DNA of 64,000 nucleotides from Candidatus Poribacteria bacterium. GTDB taxonomy: Bacteria > Poribacteria > WGA-4E > WGA-3G. Made by a program: the position numbers and the translations under genes. Within the stretch, counting starts at the first letter, position 1, and the number at the start of each line of letters is the position of its first letter. Location: NCBI GenBank assembly GCA_965242965.1, contig OZ251518.1, forward strand, positions 1,504,001 through 1,568,000. Direction: 5' to 3'. Positions 51,649 to 61,145 of this stretch are shown here, piece after piece. The notes under the pieces were generated by a model. It saw nothing but the letters and a program-made list of their open reading frames with translations, had not been told where the DNA came from and did no database searches.

Positions 51649-52974
51649 ATGAAACGCTTTTTCGCATATCCACTGTTAGGCGCGCTCAGCTTGTGCCTCA
51701 TGATAGGTGTTATCGCTAATAGCGGCGCGACTTCGGAGTCGGAAGAGGCGGCGCACCCGGCAGGGAAACGCATCGCTGTCCTCTACTTTGAGGACCACAC
51801 CAACTTCGATTCCTCCACAGGATGCGGCTGTATTCCCGGCTTCATCGGCAGAATCTTCGGCACCAAAAAGCGGTGGGACCTGGAATCTGGCTTCGTCACC
51901 ATACTCAACCGGAAACTCGCCGCAACCGGTGTCTATCGTCCGGTGAGTTGGGACGAATTGCTGGATGCTATGGCGCAGATGACGCTCTCGCGGGATACAC
52001 TGAGGAAACTGAGCACCGTCCAGCGGGCAAAACTTGCCCAACTGCTCAACGCCGATGTCCTCGTTACCGGTGATATCCGACATTTTAATCAGGAACGTTT
52101 GAGAGCCAATGCTTCACGCACACTGAGGGAAGGCGGACGACAAGCCAATCAAACCAGCGCGAGTTTCATGACTGGCTTTCAAGTCATGGGGCATCTACAC
52201 CGCGCCACTGTGAAATTGGACATGAACTTTTACGATAAATACGGCGAAAGCATCAAGGTTCACGATAAGAAGGAAAAGATAATGGTGTCACAACTCCGGA
52301 TTGTAGCAAGCCGGGACCACTCTCTCGCAGGGACAAGAGCCGCCGCCCTGGAAGCCAGTGTGACCGAACAAGGAACCAATCTCTCCTTTGGACAGACGCG
52401 GGCAACGCAACAAAAGTATCCAAACCCAATTGTGAACCCAACGAAACTCAACGAAATTCAGTTTGCTACCACGCAAAGAGATGTTGACGAAGAAAATCCT
52501 CACCATTACGATGAAACACTCCTCGGTATGGTGACGAACGAGGCATTAATCAAAGTCGTGCTCGCGCTCCGTGATAACGTCGGACCGAATTTCATCACGC
52601 CGTGGGAGACGCAAGCTGCAACTGACGAAGAGGATACGGAGCCATCGAAAACGGTATCGGCTGGCCCCATAAAAGGGAAAATCCAACACGTGGAGAACAA
52701 GGACATCTACGTCACTATCGGCTCTGCCCAGGGCATCGCTATCAACCAGCGGTTCGCTGTCTATACCAAAGGCAAACCGATTCGCGATATAGACACGGGT
52801 GAAATCCTGACATACGTGCCTCGCAAAATCGCTATTATCACTGTCGTTGACATCCAGACTGATAAAATCTCGGTTTTCCGCCTCGTTGAAGGAACCGATA
52901 CGCTGAAGCCAGGTGATGTCGTGCAGGAGATAACCGCCGAGGAAGAGGAATCGACACCACCTGAATCGCAATAA
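51649..52974 (+). CDS. secreted CsgG/TolB-N-like protein with FlgT-like C-terminal domain
   Basis: RIAVLYFED, LNADVLVTGDI; C-terminal 'IGSAQGIAINQRFAVY...IRDIDTGEIL...KPGDVV'. Confidence 0.65.
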   Translation: MKRFFAYPLLGALSLCLMIGVIANSGATSESEEAAHPAGKRIAVLYFEDHTNFDSSTGCGCIPGFIGRIFGTKKRWDLESGFVTILNRKLAATGVYRPVSWDELLDAMAQMTLSRDTLRKLSTVQRAKLAQLLNADVLVTGDIRHFNQERLRANASRTLREGGRQANQTSASFMTGFQVMGHLHRATVKLDMNFYDKYGESIKVHDKKEKIMVSQLRIVASRDHSLAGTRAAALEASVTEQGTNLSFGQTRATQQKYPNPIVNPTKLNEIQFATTQRDVDEENPHHYDETLLGMVTNEALIKVVLALRDNVGPNFITPWETQAATDEEDTEPSKTVSAGPIKGKIQHVENKDIYVTIGSAQGIAINQRFAVYTKGKPIRDIDTGEILTYVPRKIAIITVVDIQTDKISVFRLVEGTDTLKPGDVVQEITAEEEESTPPESQ

Positions 52975-52984
52975 GGAGGACACT

Positions 52985-54037
52985 ATGAACCGCACATTCA
53001 TCGTTTTATTTCTCACGTGTTGCGCCGTGCTTTGGGGATGCGCAGACCCTTCCGCACCCAAAAAGAGCGAACAGGCGACTACGACTCCCGCCAAGAAGAT
53101 TAAAATCGGGCTCTCCATGGATTCACTGCGAGTGGAACGGTGGCAGAAGGACCGGGACATTTTCAAGGCGGAAGCGGAAAAACTCGGCGCGGAAGTTATC
53201 GTGCAATCCGCTGATGGCGACGAACGACGACAGAACGAACAGGCAGAAAACATGATTACGCAAGGCGTAGATGTCCTCGTCGTCATCCCGAAGGATAGCG
53301 TTGCCGCCGCCCAAATTGTCCAAGCGGCGCACGCTGAAGGAATAAAAGTCCTTGCCTACGACAGACTCATTCGTGAGAGTGAACCAGACCTCTACATCTC
53401 TTTTGATAACGAGCAGGTGGGCTATTTGCAGGCGGAATACCTCCTCCGCCAAAAGCCAAACGGGGATTATTTCCTACTCGGCGGGGCACCGACAGATAAC
53501 AACGCGCAACTCCTCCGCAAGGGACAACGCCGCGCCTTGCAAGGGGCTATTGATGCAGGCGACATTCGGTTGGTGGCGGACGGGAAACACTGGGCAGTCA
53601 ACTGGGATGCGCGCGATGCACTGAAGAAGACAGAGCAGGTACTGACGCAGACGAACAATCGCATCGATGCCGTTGTCGCATCCAACGATGGCACGGCTGG
53701 CGGCGTTATCCAAGCCTTGGAAGGACAGAACCTCGCCGGGAGAGTGCTGGTATCAGGGCAAGATGCAGAGTTGTCCGCGTGCCAACGGATTGTCAAAGGC
53801 ACGCAAACGATGACTGTCTACAAGCCGATTCACCTCATCGCAACGAAAGCGGCGCAAGCCGCTGTCGCACTCGCAAAGGGAGAACAGATCTCGGAAGCCA
53901 CTCAGACTGTCAACAACGGAAAAGTTGATGTGCCATCGATTTTGCTCACCCCCATTCAGGTGGACAAAGCGAACCTTGATGAGATTGTCATCAAAGACGG
54001 TTTCCACTCGCGCGAGGCGGTTTATCAGACAGAATAA
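52985..54037 (+). CDS. xylF: D-xylose-type ABC transporter substrate-binding lipoprotein
   Basis: IGLSMDSLRVERWQKDRDIF, AYDRLI, ISFDN, GAPTDNNA, SGQDA, MTVYKPI. Confidence 0.85.
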   Translation: MNRTFIVLFLTCCAVLWGCADPSAPKKSEQATTTPAKKIKIGLSMDSLRVERWQKDRDIFKAEAEKLGAEVIVQSADGDERRQNEQAENMITQGVDVLVVIPKDSVAAAQIVQAAHAEGIKVLAYDRLIRESEPDLYISFDNEQVGYLQAEYLLRQKPNGDYFLLGGAPTDNNAQLLRKGQRRALQGAIDAGDIRLVADGKHWAVNWDARDALKKTEQVLTQTNNRIDAVVASNDGTAGGVIQALEGQNLAGRVLVSGQDAELSACQRIVKGTQTMTVYKPIHLIATKAAQAAVALAKGEQISEATQTVNNGKVDVPSILLTPIQVDKANLDEIVIKDGFHSREAVYQTE

Positions 54038-54057
54038 GTGGGCGGTTCATCAGCACC

Positions 54058-54268
54058 CGTAGGGCGCGGGCCTGTCCCGCGCCATCGTGCAACTCTCAAA
54101 AGAATCGTAGGGCGCGGGCCTGTCCCGCGCCATCATGCAATTCTGGTCAGCATTCGAGACCGGGAGGTCTCTCCTACTGTTCGTCAGCACCCGTAGGGCG
54201 CGGGCCTGTCCTGCGCCATCGTCCAACTCTCAAAAGAATCGTAAGGCGTGGGCCTGTCCCCCGCCATC
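54058..54268. repeat. tandem REP variant GTAGGGCGCGGGCCTGTCCCGCGCC
   Basis: Four copies with duplicated spacers (CAACTCTCAAAAGAATC). Confidence 0.85.
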
Positions 54269-54289
54269 GTCCAACACTCGGAAAAATAA

Positions 54290-55453
54290 ATGCCCATTTT
54301 TCTTTTCGGCATAGATTCAGGCGGCATTGGCATCGCCGACCGGATTAGCTGGATGTGGGGCTCCGATGCGTATCAGAGTCTCCTCGTCATCGCGTGCCTC
54401 GCCGCTGGCGGGTGGCTCATCCGATACGCCGCTCGGCGTGAATACTGGCGGAACGCGGCAAGACAAATCCGCAGCAACCGTCTCGCGCTCGTCTGCCTCG
54501 GTATTCTCACCCTCTATGTGCTGATTGGCGTGTTGGATAGTATCATCTGGCGCGACCCGGTTGTCGGCAAAGATGGCACGCTGACACGAAACGAAAGCGG
54601 CAGCGTCGTTTACAGACCGCGGGGGTTGAGCATTTTGGACAGACTCTGCACACCGCTTCGGGAAAGGACAGAGAGAACCTATTCTGCCCCTTTCGCCACG
54701 CATCTGTATGCGAAAAGCACCTCACCGGAAACCGGCAGACGGGAATATCCATCGCTGAACCATCCCCGAAGCCATTGGCTTGGCACGGACAAAGTCGGAA
54801 ACGATGTCCTCTATCGCGCGCTGAAAGGCATCCGCACCGGGCTAATTATCGGCGGATTTACGACGCTGATCGCCGTGCCGTTTGCGATTTTATTCGGTGT
54901 CGCCGCCGGTTACTTCGGCGGCTGGGTAGACGATGGCGTGCAATACCTCTACTCAACGCTCGCCTCTATTCCCAGTATCCTGCTCATCGTCGCCTTCATG
55001 TTGATATTCGGACAAGGACTCTTCAACCTCTGTCTCATCATGGGGATTAGCAGTTGGACAGGTTTGTGCCGCATCTTGCGCGGCGAGACGTTGAAACTCC
55101 GTGAATTGGAATATGTCCAAGCCGCCGAGGCGTTCGGTGTCAACCGCGCTGCGATTATCCTGAAGCATCTCATTCCCAACCTGATGCACATCGTGCTTAT
55201 CTCCGCCATTTTGCGATTTAGCAGCTTGGTGCTGACAGAGGCACTGCTGAGTTATCTCCAAATCGGTGTGGAACCGACGACAGGGAGTTGGGGTAATATG
55301 ATTAACACAGCGCGTTTGGAACTCGCCCGCGACCCGATTGTGTGGTGGAATTTAGCGGCGGCGTTCACGTTTATGTTTGGATTAGTGTTGCCCGCGAATC
55401 TATTTGGCGATGCTGTCCGTGATGCCTTGGACCCGAGACTGCGGACAGAGTAA
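54290..55453 (+). CDS. peptide/nickel ABC permease (OppC/DppC family)
   Basis: HWLGTDKVGNDV, EYVQAAEAFG, KHLIPN, SWGNMI, GDAVRDALDPR. Confidence 0.92.
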   Translation: MPIFLFGIDSGGIGIADRISWMWGSDAYQSLLVIACLAAGGWLIRYAARREYWRNAARQIRSNRLALVCLGILTLYVLIGVLDSIIWRDPVVGKDGTLTRNESGSVVYRPRGLSILDRLCTPLRERTERTYSAPFATHLYAKSTSPETGRREYPSLNHPRSHWLGTDKVGNDVLYRALKGIRTGLIIGGFTTLIAVPFAILFGVAAGYFGGWVDDGVQYLYSTLASIPSILLIVAFMLIFGQGLFNLCLIMGISSWTGLCRILRGETLKLRELEYVQAAEAFGVNRAAIILKHLIPNLMHIVLISAILRFSSLVLTEALLSYLQIGVEPTTGSWGNMINTARLELARDPIVWWNLAAAFTFMFGLVLPANLFGDAVRDALDPRLRTE

Positions 55454-55465
55454 TCCTCAATTCAA

Positions 55466-56848
55466 TGAGGGTGTTTCATAACTCGCTCAACGTCGCGGTG
55501 ACAGTCCCCCGCGCTGCGGTGAAAAATGGGGAATTGCCGGTAGGAGAGACCTCCTAGTCTCGATTTCTTCCGGTAGGAGAGACCTCGGGTCTCGATGTTC
55601 CCGTAGCGCGGGGGCCTGTCCCCCGCGAGCGTTGGGCCCCATTCTGTAGGTCAAGATCGCCTGATCTTGACCCGTTCGGGATCAGGCGATCCCGAACTAC
55701 TTTTATAGGGTCCGGGCATGGCGAGGGACAGGCCCCCGCCCTACGGTGAGGGGGACTGTTTTTTCCCGTAGCGCGGGGGCCTGTCCCCGAGATCGCAGCA
55801 TGGCGAGGGACAGGCCCTCGCCCTACGATGAAGGGGGACCTTCTAGTGCCGCGGCCCGGTAGGCGCGCCGCCCTATTGCATCGAGACCGGGAGGTCTCGC
55901 CTACGGGGACATCGCTCGCATCGAGACCGGGAGGTCTCTCCTACCGGGGAAACGGAATCGTTCGGGATTTCGCTAAACCATTTTTACAAAACGTTGATAG
56001 GAGGCGGAGAAGTGATTGGGAAAAACGTTGTCATAGCGGTGCTGCTTTCTTGTCTAATGCTGGCAGTCGTGCTAATCGGTTGCGGTGAAGATGCCGATGA
56101 ACCGTCTGCGGAAGACCTGGTCGGCACATGGGAACCCGTTGTGCATAGTGACGAAACGCCGAACGACGCGGTCCAGTTGACTGAGGTTGTTTTTGGTGCC
56201 GATAGCGCATTGTTCTGGAAAGTCCACGTGAAAGGGGAAGAGGATGGCATTGCTTTCAAGATTGATGTGACGATGAAAGGCACTTATGTTGTGTCGGGCT
56301 TGAGTTTGACATTCGTGGGTAAATCTGTGGAGACAAAAGCGGATTTTACTTTCCCACCGCCAGCTGAAGAAATTGAATCCGAAGTGCTTATTGGGCTTAC
56401 TAGAGAGTTGTCCAATCAGGCGAGGACAGATCTTGAACAAGACTTTGAATCAGAAAACTGGAATGGCACATGGCGTTTGGCAGGAGACATCCTCACCTTA
56501 ACTCGCGATGATGGCACCGAGATTGTCTTGAGAAGAAAATAAATTGGCTCTCGGCGGTGGTTAAAAACGAACAACGGGCATCGCTGCCCGTTGTCCACCG
56601 TCGCCCTCGCCCCACGGGAAAAAACGGCACTTCCCCGTAGGGCGAGGGCCCTCGGATGCCACACGCGCATCCGAGCGGGTTCCCCTCGCCATCGTCCGCG
56701 CGCCAGGCCCTGTAGGTCAGAATCGCCTGATCCTGACCCGTTCGGGAGCGGGCGCTCCCGAACTACAGAGATGGGCCCGATGCCTGCCGGTATTCGCCCG
56801 CCTTCCAAGGCGGGATAACTACCGAAACGGAGTTATGAAACACCCTCA
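55466..56848. mobile_element. TIR pair enclosing REP arms and a lipoprotein gene (possible cargo-carrying cassette)
   Basis: Left TIR at 55466, next right TIR ending at 56848; flanks ATTCAA and AATAAC do not match. Confidence 0.45.
56012..56542 (+). CDS. lipocalin-like lipoprotein
   Basis: AGGAGG RBS, lipobox LIGC, 'LVGTWE', 'GTWRLAGDILTL'. Confidence 0.7.
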   Translation: MIGKNVVIAVLLSCLMLAVVLIGCGEDADEPSAEDLVGTWEPVVHSDETPNDAVQLTEVVFGADSALFWKVHVKGEEDGIAFKIDVTMKGTYVVSGLSLTFVGKSVETKADFTFPPPAEEIESEVLIGLTRELSNQARTDLEQDFESENWNGTWRLAGDILTLTRDDGTEIVLRRK

Positions 56849-56943
56849 AATAACGTAGTGCGGGGGCCTGTCCCCCGCATGCCTCAACTGTTCCGAATAG
56901 CGTAGTGCGGGGGCCTGTCCCCCGCAGGGCCCAGAATCAGTCT

Positions 56944-57399
56944 TTACTCGTATTCCTTGAGGAACCCGACAAACTCGCGCCGGTGCTTTTCCTCATCGGC
57001 GAGGAGCCGGATGCAGAGGTCTTGCGTGACGTAGTCAATGCCATCGCACAACCGAATAATTTTGTTATACTGATCGATTGCGAGGTTTTCGGCTTTGATA
57101 ACACCGTGGATAGTCGTCACAAGATCGGTGGAATCTTCCGGCGGCTGAAGCGATGCCTGTTCCGGTTTAAAGGCGAACGAGCCCGGAACCCGACCGCCGA
57201 GCTCCTTCACACGATTTGCCAACTCCTGGGCATGCGTTAATTCCACTTGGATGTCTGTCGCGAGAGATTTTTTGATCTCCTCGGCGCGAATGCCATCCAA
57301 ATCGACAGAAATCGCCAAGTAGTTAATCGTGGCTTCCAACTCTAGCCAATAAGCACACGTTAACTCTTTGATGATAATGTCCGTTTTTTCCTGAGTCAT
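56944..57399 (-). CDS. ferritin-like diiron protein (bacterioferritin/Dps/rubrerythrin superfamily)
   Basis: ELEATINY, ELTHAQELANRVKELGG, AENLAIDQY, DEEKHR; GAGGAG RBS. Confidence 0.88.
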   Translation of the reverse strand: MTQEKTDIIIKELTCAYWLELEATINYLAISVDLDGIRAEEIKKSLATDIQVELTHAQELANRVKELGGRVPGSFAFKPEQASLQPPEDSTDLVTTIHGVIKAENLAIDQYNKIIRLCDGIDYVTQDLCIRLLADEEKHRREFVGFLKEYE

Positions 57400-57423
57400 G
57401 ATGTATCTCCTCTTGTAGGTTAA

Positions 57424-57711
57424 TGAGGGTGTTTCATCTGCCATCGTCCCGATGTGTGTTTCCCCTTCTGTAGTTTGTGATCGCCTGATCACAAACGGGT
57501 CAGGATCAGGCGATCCTGAACTACAGAGTCTGGCGCGCGGACGCTGGCGAGGGCCTGTCCCTCGCCCTACGGGGAAGTGCCGTTTTTTCCGTAGCGCGGG
57601 GGCCTGTCCCCCGCGATCGTTGGATTGCGCGGACGATATTGAGACAGGGAGGGCTCTCCTACTGCATTGAGATAGGGAGGACTCTCCTAACAGATTTATG
57701 AAACATCCTCA
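57424..57711. mobile_element. MITE-like REP cassette 8 (TSD GGTTAA)
   Basis: TGAGGGTGTTTCATC ... TATGAAACATCCTCA; GGTTAA on both flanks. Confidence 0.8.
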
Positions 57712-57743
57712 GGTTAATAAACTTCAATTTCAATACGTTTAAT

Positions 57744-57772
57744 AGTATACCACAAGTGGAGACGAATTTCAA
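57744..57772 (-). promoter_or_regulatory. sigma70-type promoter of the ferritin-like gene
   Basis: TTGAAA-17 bp-TATACT with TG extension. Confidence 0.6.
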
Positions 57773-57814
57773 GTTTTTTTGCATTTTAATCGTTTTTTCT
57801 CCGTTTTTCTCCAT

Positions 57815-58582
57815 CTAATGCGCTAAACTTGGCATCACCCACGGATATCCACCCGGATGTGACAAAACCTCAAACGGAATGCCGTAGACTTCTGATAACT
57901 GCTCCAGCGTTAGCACGTCCCTCGGTGAGCCACATGCAACCGGCTCTCCGTCTTTTAGCATCAGCAGCCGGTCTGCATACATTGAGGCGAGATTCAAATC
58001 GTGGATGGCGGTGATAACCGTTTTCCGCTGACGACAGAGAGTTTTGCACAAGTTGAGGATCTGCACGTGATGCCTCGGGTCGAGATGGTTTGTCGGTTCA
58101 TCTAATAAAAAGAGTTCCGGTGTCTGCGCGAGGATCCTTGCAATGTCAACACGACTTGCCTCGCCGCCGGATAATGTCGGATAGAGCCGTTCCGCGAAGA
58201 TGTCCGCCTCAACCTTTCGCAGTGCTTCTTGCACAATGTGCAGGTCGCGAGCTGTCTCCTTTGCTCCGTTCAGATACGGATACCTCCCGAACAGCACGAT
58301 TTCCATGCTGGTAAACGGAAAGTTCACATCGCGTTTTTGTTGCAGGTAAGCGCGAAGGCGCGCGAACTCGCGCGGTTCATAGGTGTCAATCGGTTTCCCG
58401 AACAAGCGAATATTCCCTGTCGTGGGAGTGAGTTCGCCTGAAATCAGACGCAGCAGGGTGGATTTCCCGGCACCGTTAGGTCCGACAAGACACCACAAAG
58501 TGCCTGCTTCAATGGTGAGGGTGATGTCCCGGACGAGCCAGTTTCCACCAATTCGGTAACCGACTTGGTTTAATTCAATCAT
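57815..58582 (-). CDS. hmuV: haem ABC transporter ATPase
   Basis: GPNGAGKST, LSGGE, LDEPT, HDLNLA. Confidence 0.9.
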   Translation of the reverse strand: MIELNQVGYRIGGNWLVRDITLTIEAGTLWCLVGPNGAGKSTLLRLISGELTPTTGNIRLFGKPIDTYEPREFARLRAYLQQKRDVNFPFTSMEIVLFGRYPYLNGAKETARDLHIVQEALRKVEADIFAERLYPTLSGGEASRVDIARILAQTPELFLLDEPTNHLDPRHHVQILNLCKTLCRQRKTVITAIHDLNLASMYADRLLMLKDGEPVACGSPRDVLTLEQLSEVYGIPFEVLSHPGGYPWVMPSLAH

Positions 58583-58615
58583 ATTGTCCTCTGAATTTTT
58601 CGGTAAGTAGTTTGA

Positions 58616-58995
58616 TGAGGGTGTTTCATAAATCCCTCGCCATGTGTTTTGCTGTCAGACTTCATCACCCCTGTAGGGCAAGATCAGACGATCTCGACCT
58701 GTTCGGGTGCAGGCGCACCCGAACTACAGAGGTCTGCCCGGTGCCTGCCGGTAGGCGGGACATCCTTGTCCCGATACGGTGGGCATCGAGACCGGGAGGT
58801 CTCTCCTACCGGGGACAAGGAAAGGTGCACCCGAACTACAGAGGTCTGCCCGGTGCCTGCCGGTAGGCGGGACATCCTTGTCCCGATACGGTGGGCATCA
58901 AGACCAGGAGGGCTCTCCTACCGGGGACATCGCTTGCATCGAGAACGGGACAGCGCGCCGACTGGAAGCAATCGAGACCGGGAGGTCTCTCCTAC
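58616..58995. repeat. orphan left TIR + REP cluster with internal duplication
   Basis: TGAGGGTGTTTCATA at 58616; duplicated GCACCCGAACTACAGAGGTCTGCCCGGTGCCTGCCGGTAGGCGGGACATCC unit. Confidence 0.8.
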
Positions 58996-59035
58996 CGGGG
59001 AGGAGGAAAACTGAATCGTTCTGGAGATATTCCTC

Positions 59036-60031
59036 CTACAGAAAGACTTCGCGTTTAAATCGAAGCAGCAGCCATAGAAAAAACGGTCCGCCGATGAGCG
59101 CAGTCACGACACCGACAGGCAATTCGGCAGGCACGACAACGGTTCGGGAGAACAGATCCGCGAGGACTAGCAGTATCGCGCCGCCCACGGCTGAGCCCGG
59201 TAGAACATACCGATGGTCTGCCCCACCTATCAGTCGTATGAGATGCGGCACAACGAGCCCGACGAAGCCAATGCCGCCCGCGGCCGATACCGCTGCGCCT
59301 ACCATCAGCGCGACACCGAAGATTGCCCACCGTTTCAAAGAGTCCGTTGAAACACCGAGGTGGTATGCCTCGGATTCGCCTAGACTCATCGCATTCAACG
59401 CGGCCGCGAGGCGTAGTAGCACAAACATCCCTATAACCGCTATCGGCAGTGTGATGAAAACGACAGGCCACGTCGCGCCGCCAAAGCCGCCGAGCAGCCA
59501 GAAGGTGAGACTGCGCAGCTGCTCATCATCGGCAAGGAATGTCATCACGCCTATACCTGCGCCTGCGAAACTGTTGAGTGCGATACCTGCCAGGAGCAAC
59601 GTCACCGTGCTAACGCTACCCTGTGATTCCGCAATTTTCCAGACACCGATAGTGACGAGCATCCCACACACGAAGGCGGCGAGAGGTAACCCCCACACCC
59701 CTAATGCCCCACTGCCTATTAACACAATCCATAGCGTCGCCCCGAGGCCCGCGCCCGCTGTCACGCCTATTAAACCCGGGTCTGCCAGCGGGTTTCGGAA
59801 GATGCCTTGTAGCGTTGCCCCCGAAATCGCCAACATCGCGCCGACAACGGCAGACAAGACGACGCGCGGAAACCGGACATAAATGAGCACGGCGAAACCA
59901 TCTTCCCTGAAAAGAAGAACTTGTGGAATTCGCCATGGCAGAATCTGATACGCACCTACCCCCGCGGCGATGCTGATGGAGAGGGGTAGTAAACCGCTCA
60001 GGATAAAAAGAATCTTTGCACGTTTTTGCAT
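59036..60031 (-). CDS. hmuU: haem ABC transporter permease (FecCD family)
   Basis: VRFPRV, QGIFRNPLADP, IGFVGLVVPH, ELPVGVVTALIGGPFF. Confidence 0.9.
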   Translation of the reverse strand: MQKRAKILFILSGLLPLSISIAAGVGAYQILPWRIPQVLLFREDGFAVLIYVRFPRVVLSAVVGAMLAISGATLQGIFRNPLADPGLIGVTAGAGLGATLWIVLIGSGALGVWGLPLAAFVCGMLVTIGVWKIAESQGSVSTVTLLLAGIALNSFAGAGIGVMTFLADDEQLRSLTFWLLGGFGGATWPVVFITLPIAVIGMFVLLRLAAALNAMSLGESEAYHLGVSTDSLKRWAIFGVALMVGAAVSAAGGIGFVGLVVPHLIRLIGGADHRYVLPGSAVGGAILLVLADLFSRTVVVPAELPVGVVTALIGGPFFLWLLLRFKREVFL

Positions 60032-60079
60032 GGAGAAAGATGTTGGGCTCAGACTAGCCCAACCTACCCTACCTAAGGG

Positions 60080-61048
60080 TTATTCGCCTGTCGCCTCGAA
60101 ATGTCCATCAGCCTCATAGATGCCGTGGAACAAATCCAGAGCCGCACGGCCGCAGCGAGGACCGAATCCGGATAAATACTGTCCACTCATCGTCACGATG
60201 CGTCGGTTGCGTCCAGCCGGTGTGTGCGCCAAACCCGGCAATTTAAGCAGTCCGTCTACGCCGCCGAGCGACTCCAGTCCCGTTGTAAATAGCACATAGA
60301 CATCGGGTTGCGCCGTAATCACTGCCTCCGCAGTCATCGATTTACTGCCTTTGATGTCACCCGCGGCGTTTTCTGCGCCAACAATTTCAAGCATCGCACC
60401 TGGCGCGGAATCTTTGCCGAGCACAAAGGCGGTTTGCGGGCCTCGCAGATAGAGAAATAGCACCTTCTGTCCTGTCCAATCTGCCCGAGCAGCCTTGAGT
60501 TTTTCCTCCAATTTTTCGATGTCCGCGTCTAAAGCAGTTATTAATTCTGCAGCCTGTTTTTGGCATCCGACTGCTGCGCCGATGGTGCGCAAGCGTTGCT
60601 TGGCTGCTTCAAAACTTCGCGGCTCTTTCAGTAGTAGGACGGTTACACCCGCCATGCGAAGTTGTTCGATGACTTGCGGCGGTTTCACGTCATCTCTTCC
60701 GATAACGAGCGTCGGTTTCAAGGAGAGAATGCCTTCCACGTTGAGCCGATACTGATACCCGACACTCGGCAGTTTCTCTCTGACATTTTTAGGATAGGTT
60801 GACGAAGCATCACAGCCGACAACGTTCTCACCGACACCCAGCGCGAACAGGATTTCGGTGGTGCTGCCGTTCAGACTCACGATACGTTCCGATGACGTGA
60901 TAACGATGCTTTCGCCTGCGGCATCAGTCACCGTCGTCGCCATTGCCTGAAGCGGGATTAACAGGATTGACAAGAGGGACAGGATAAGCGGGAACCCTGC
61001 TGTCCCGGAACGCTTTTGATGTGCGGCGAAAGAAGTATGCCTTTTCAT
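60080..61048 (-). CDS. hmuT: haem ABC transporter periplasmic binding protein
   Basis: RIVSLNGSTTEILFALG, VGYQYRLNVEGILSLKP, TPAGRNRRI, GFGPR. Confidence 0.88.
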   Translation of the reverse strand: MKRHTSFAAHQKRSGTAGFPLILSLLSILLIPLQAMATTVTDAAGESIVITSSERIVSLNGSTTEILFALGVGENVVGCDASSTYPKNVREKLPSVGYQYRLNVEGILSLKPTLVIGRDDVKPPQVIEQLRMAGVTVLLLKEPRSFEAAKQRLRTIGAAVGCQKQAAELITALDADIEKLEEKLKAARADWTGQKVLFLYLRGPQTAFVLGKDSAPGAMLEIVGAENAAGDIKGSKSMTAEAVITAQPDVYVLFTTGLESLGGVDGLLKLPGLAHTPAGRNRRIVTMSGQYLSGFGPRCGRAALDLFHGIYEADGHFEATGE

Positions 61049-61145
61049 TTTTCACTCCTCAGGAGATGAGTCGTCGGGCACAGAGCAGATTGAAAATAAG
61101 GAGATTCTGATGCGTCCTGCCCCATGCCCAACGATTCATTCAGCG

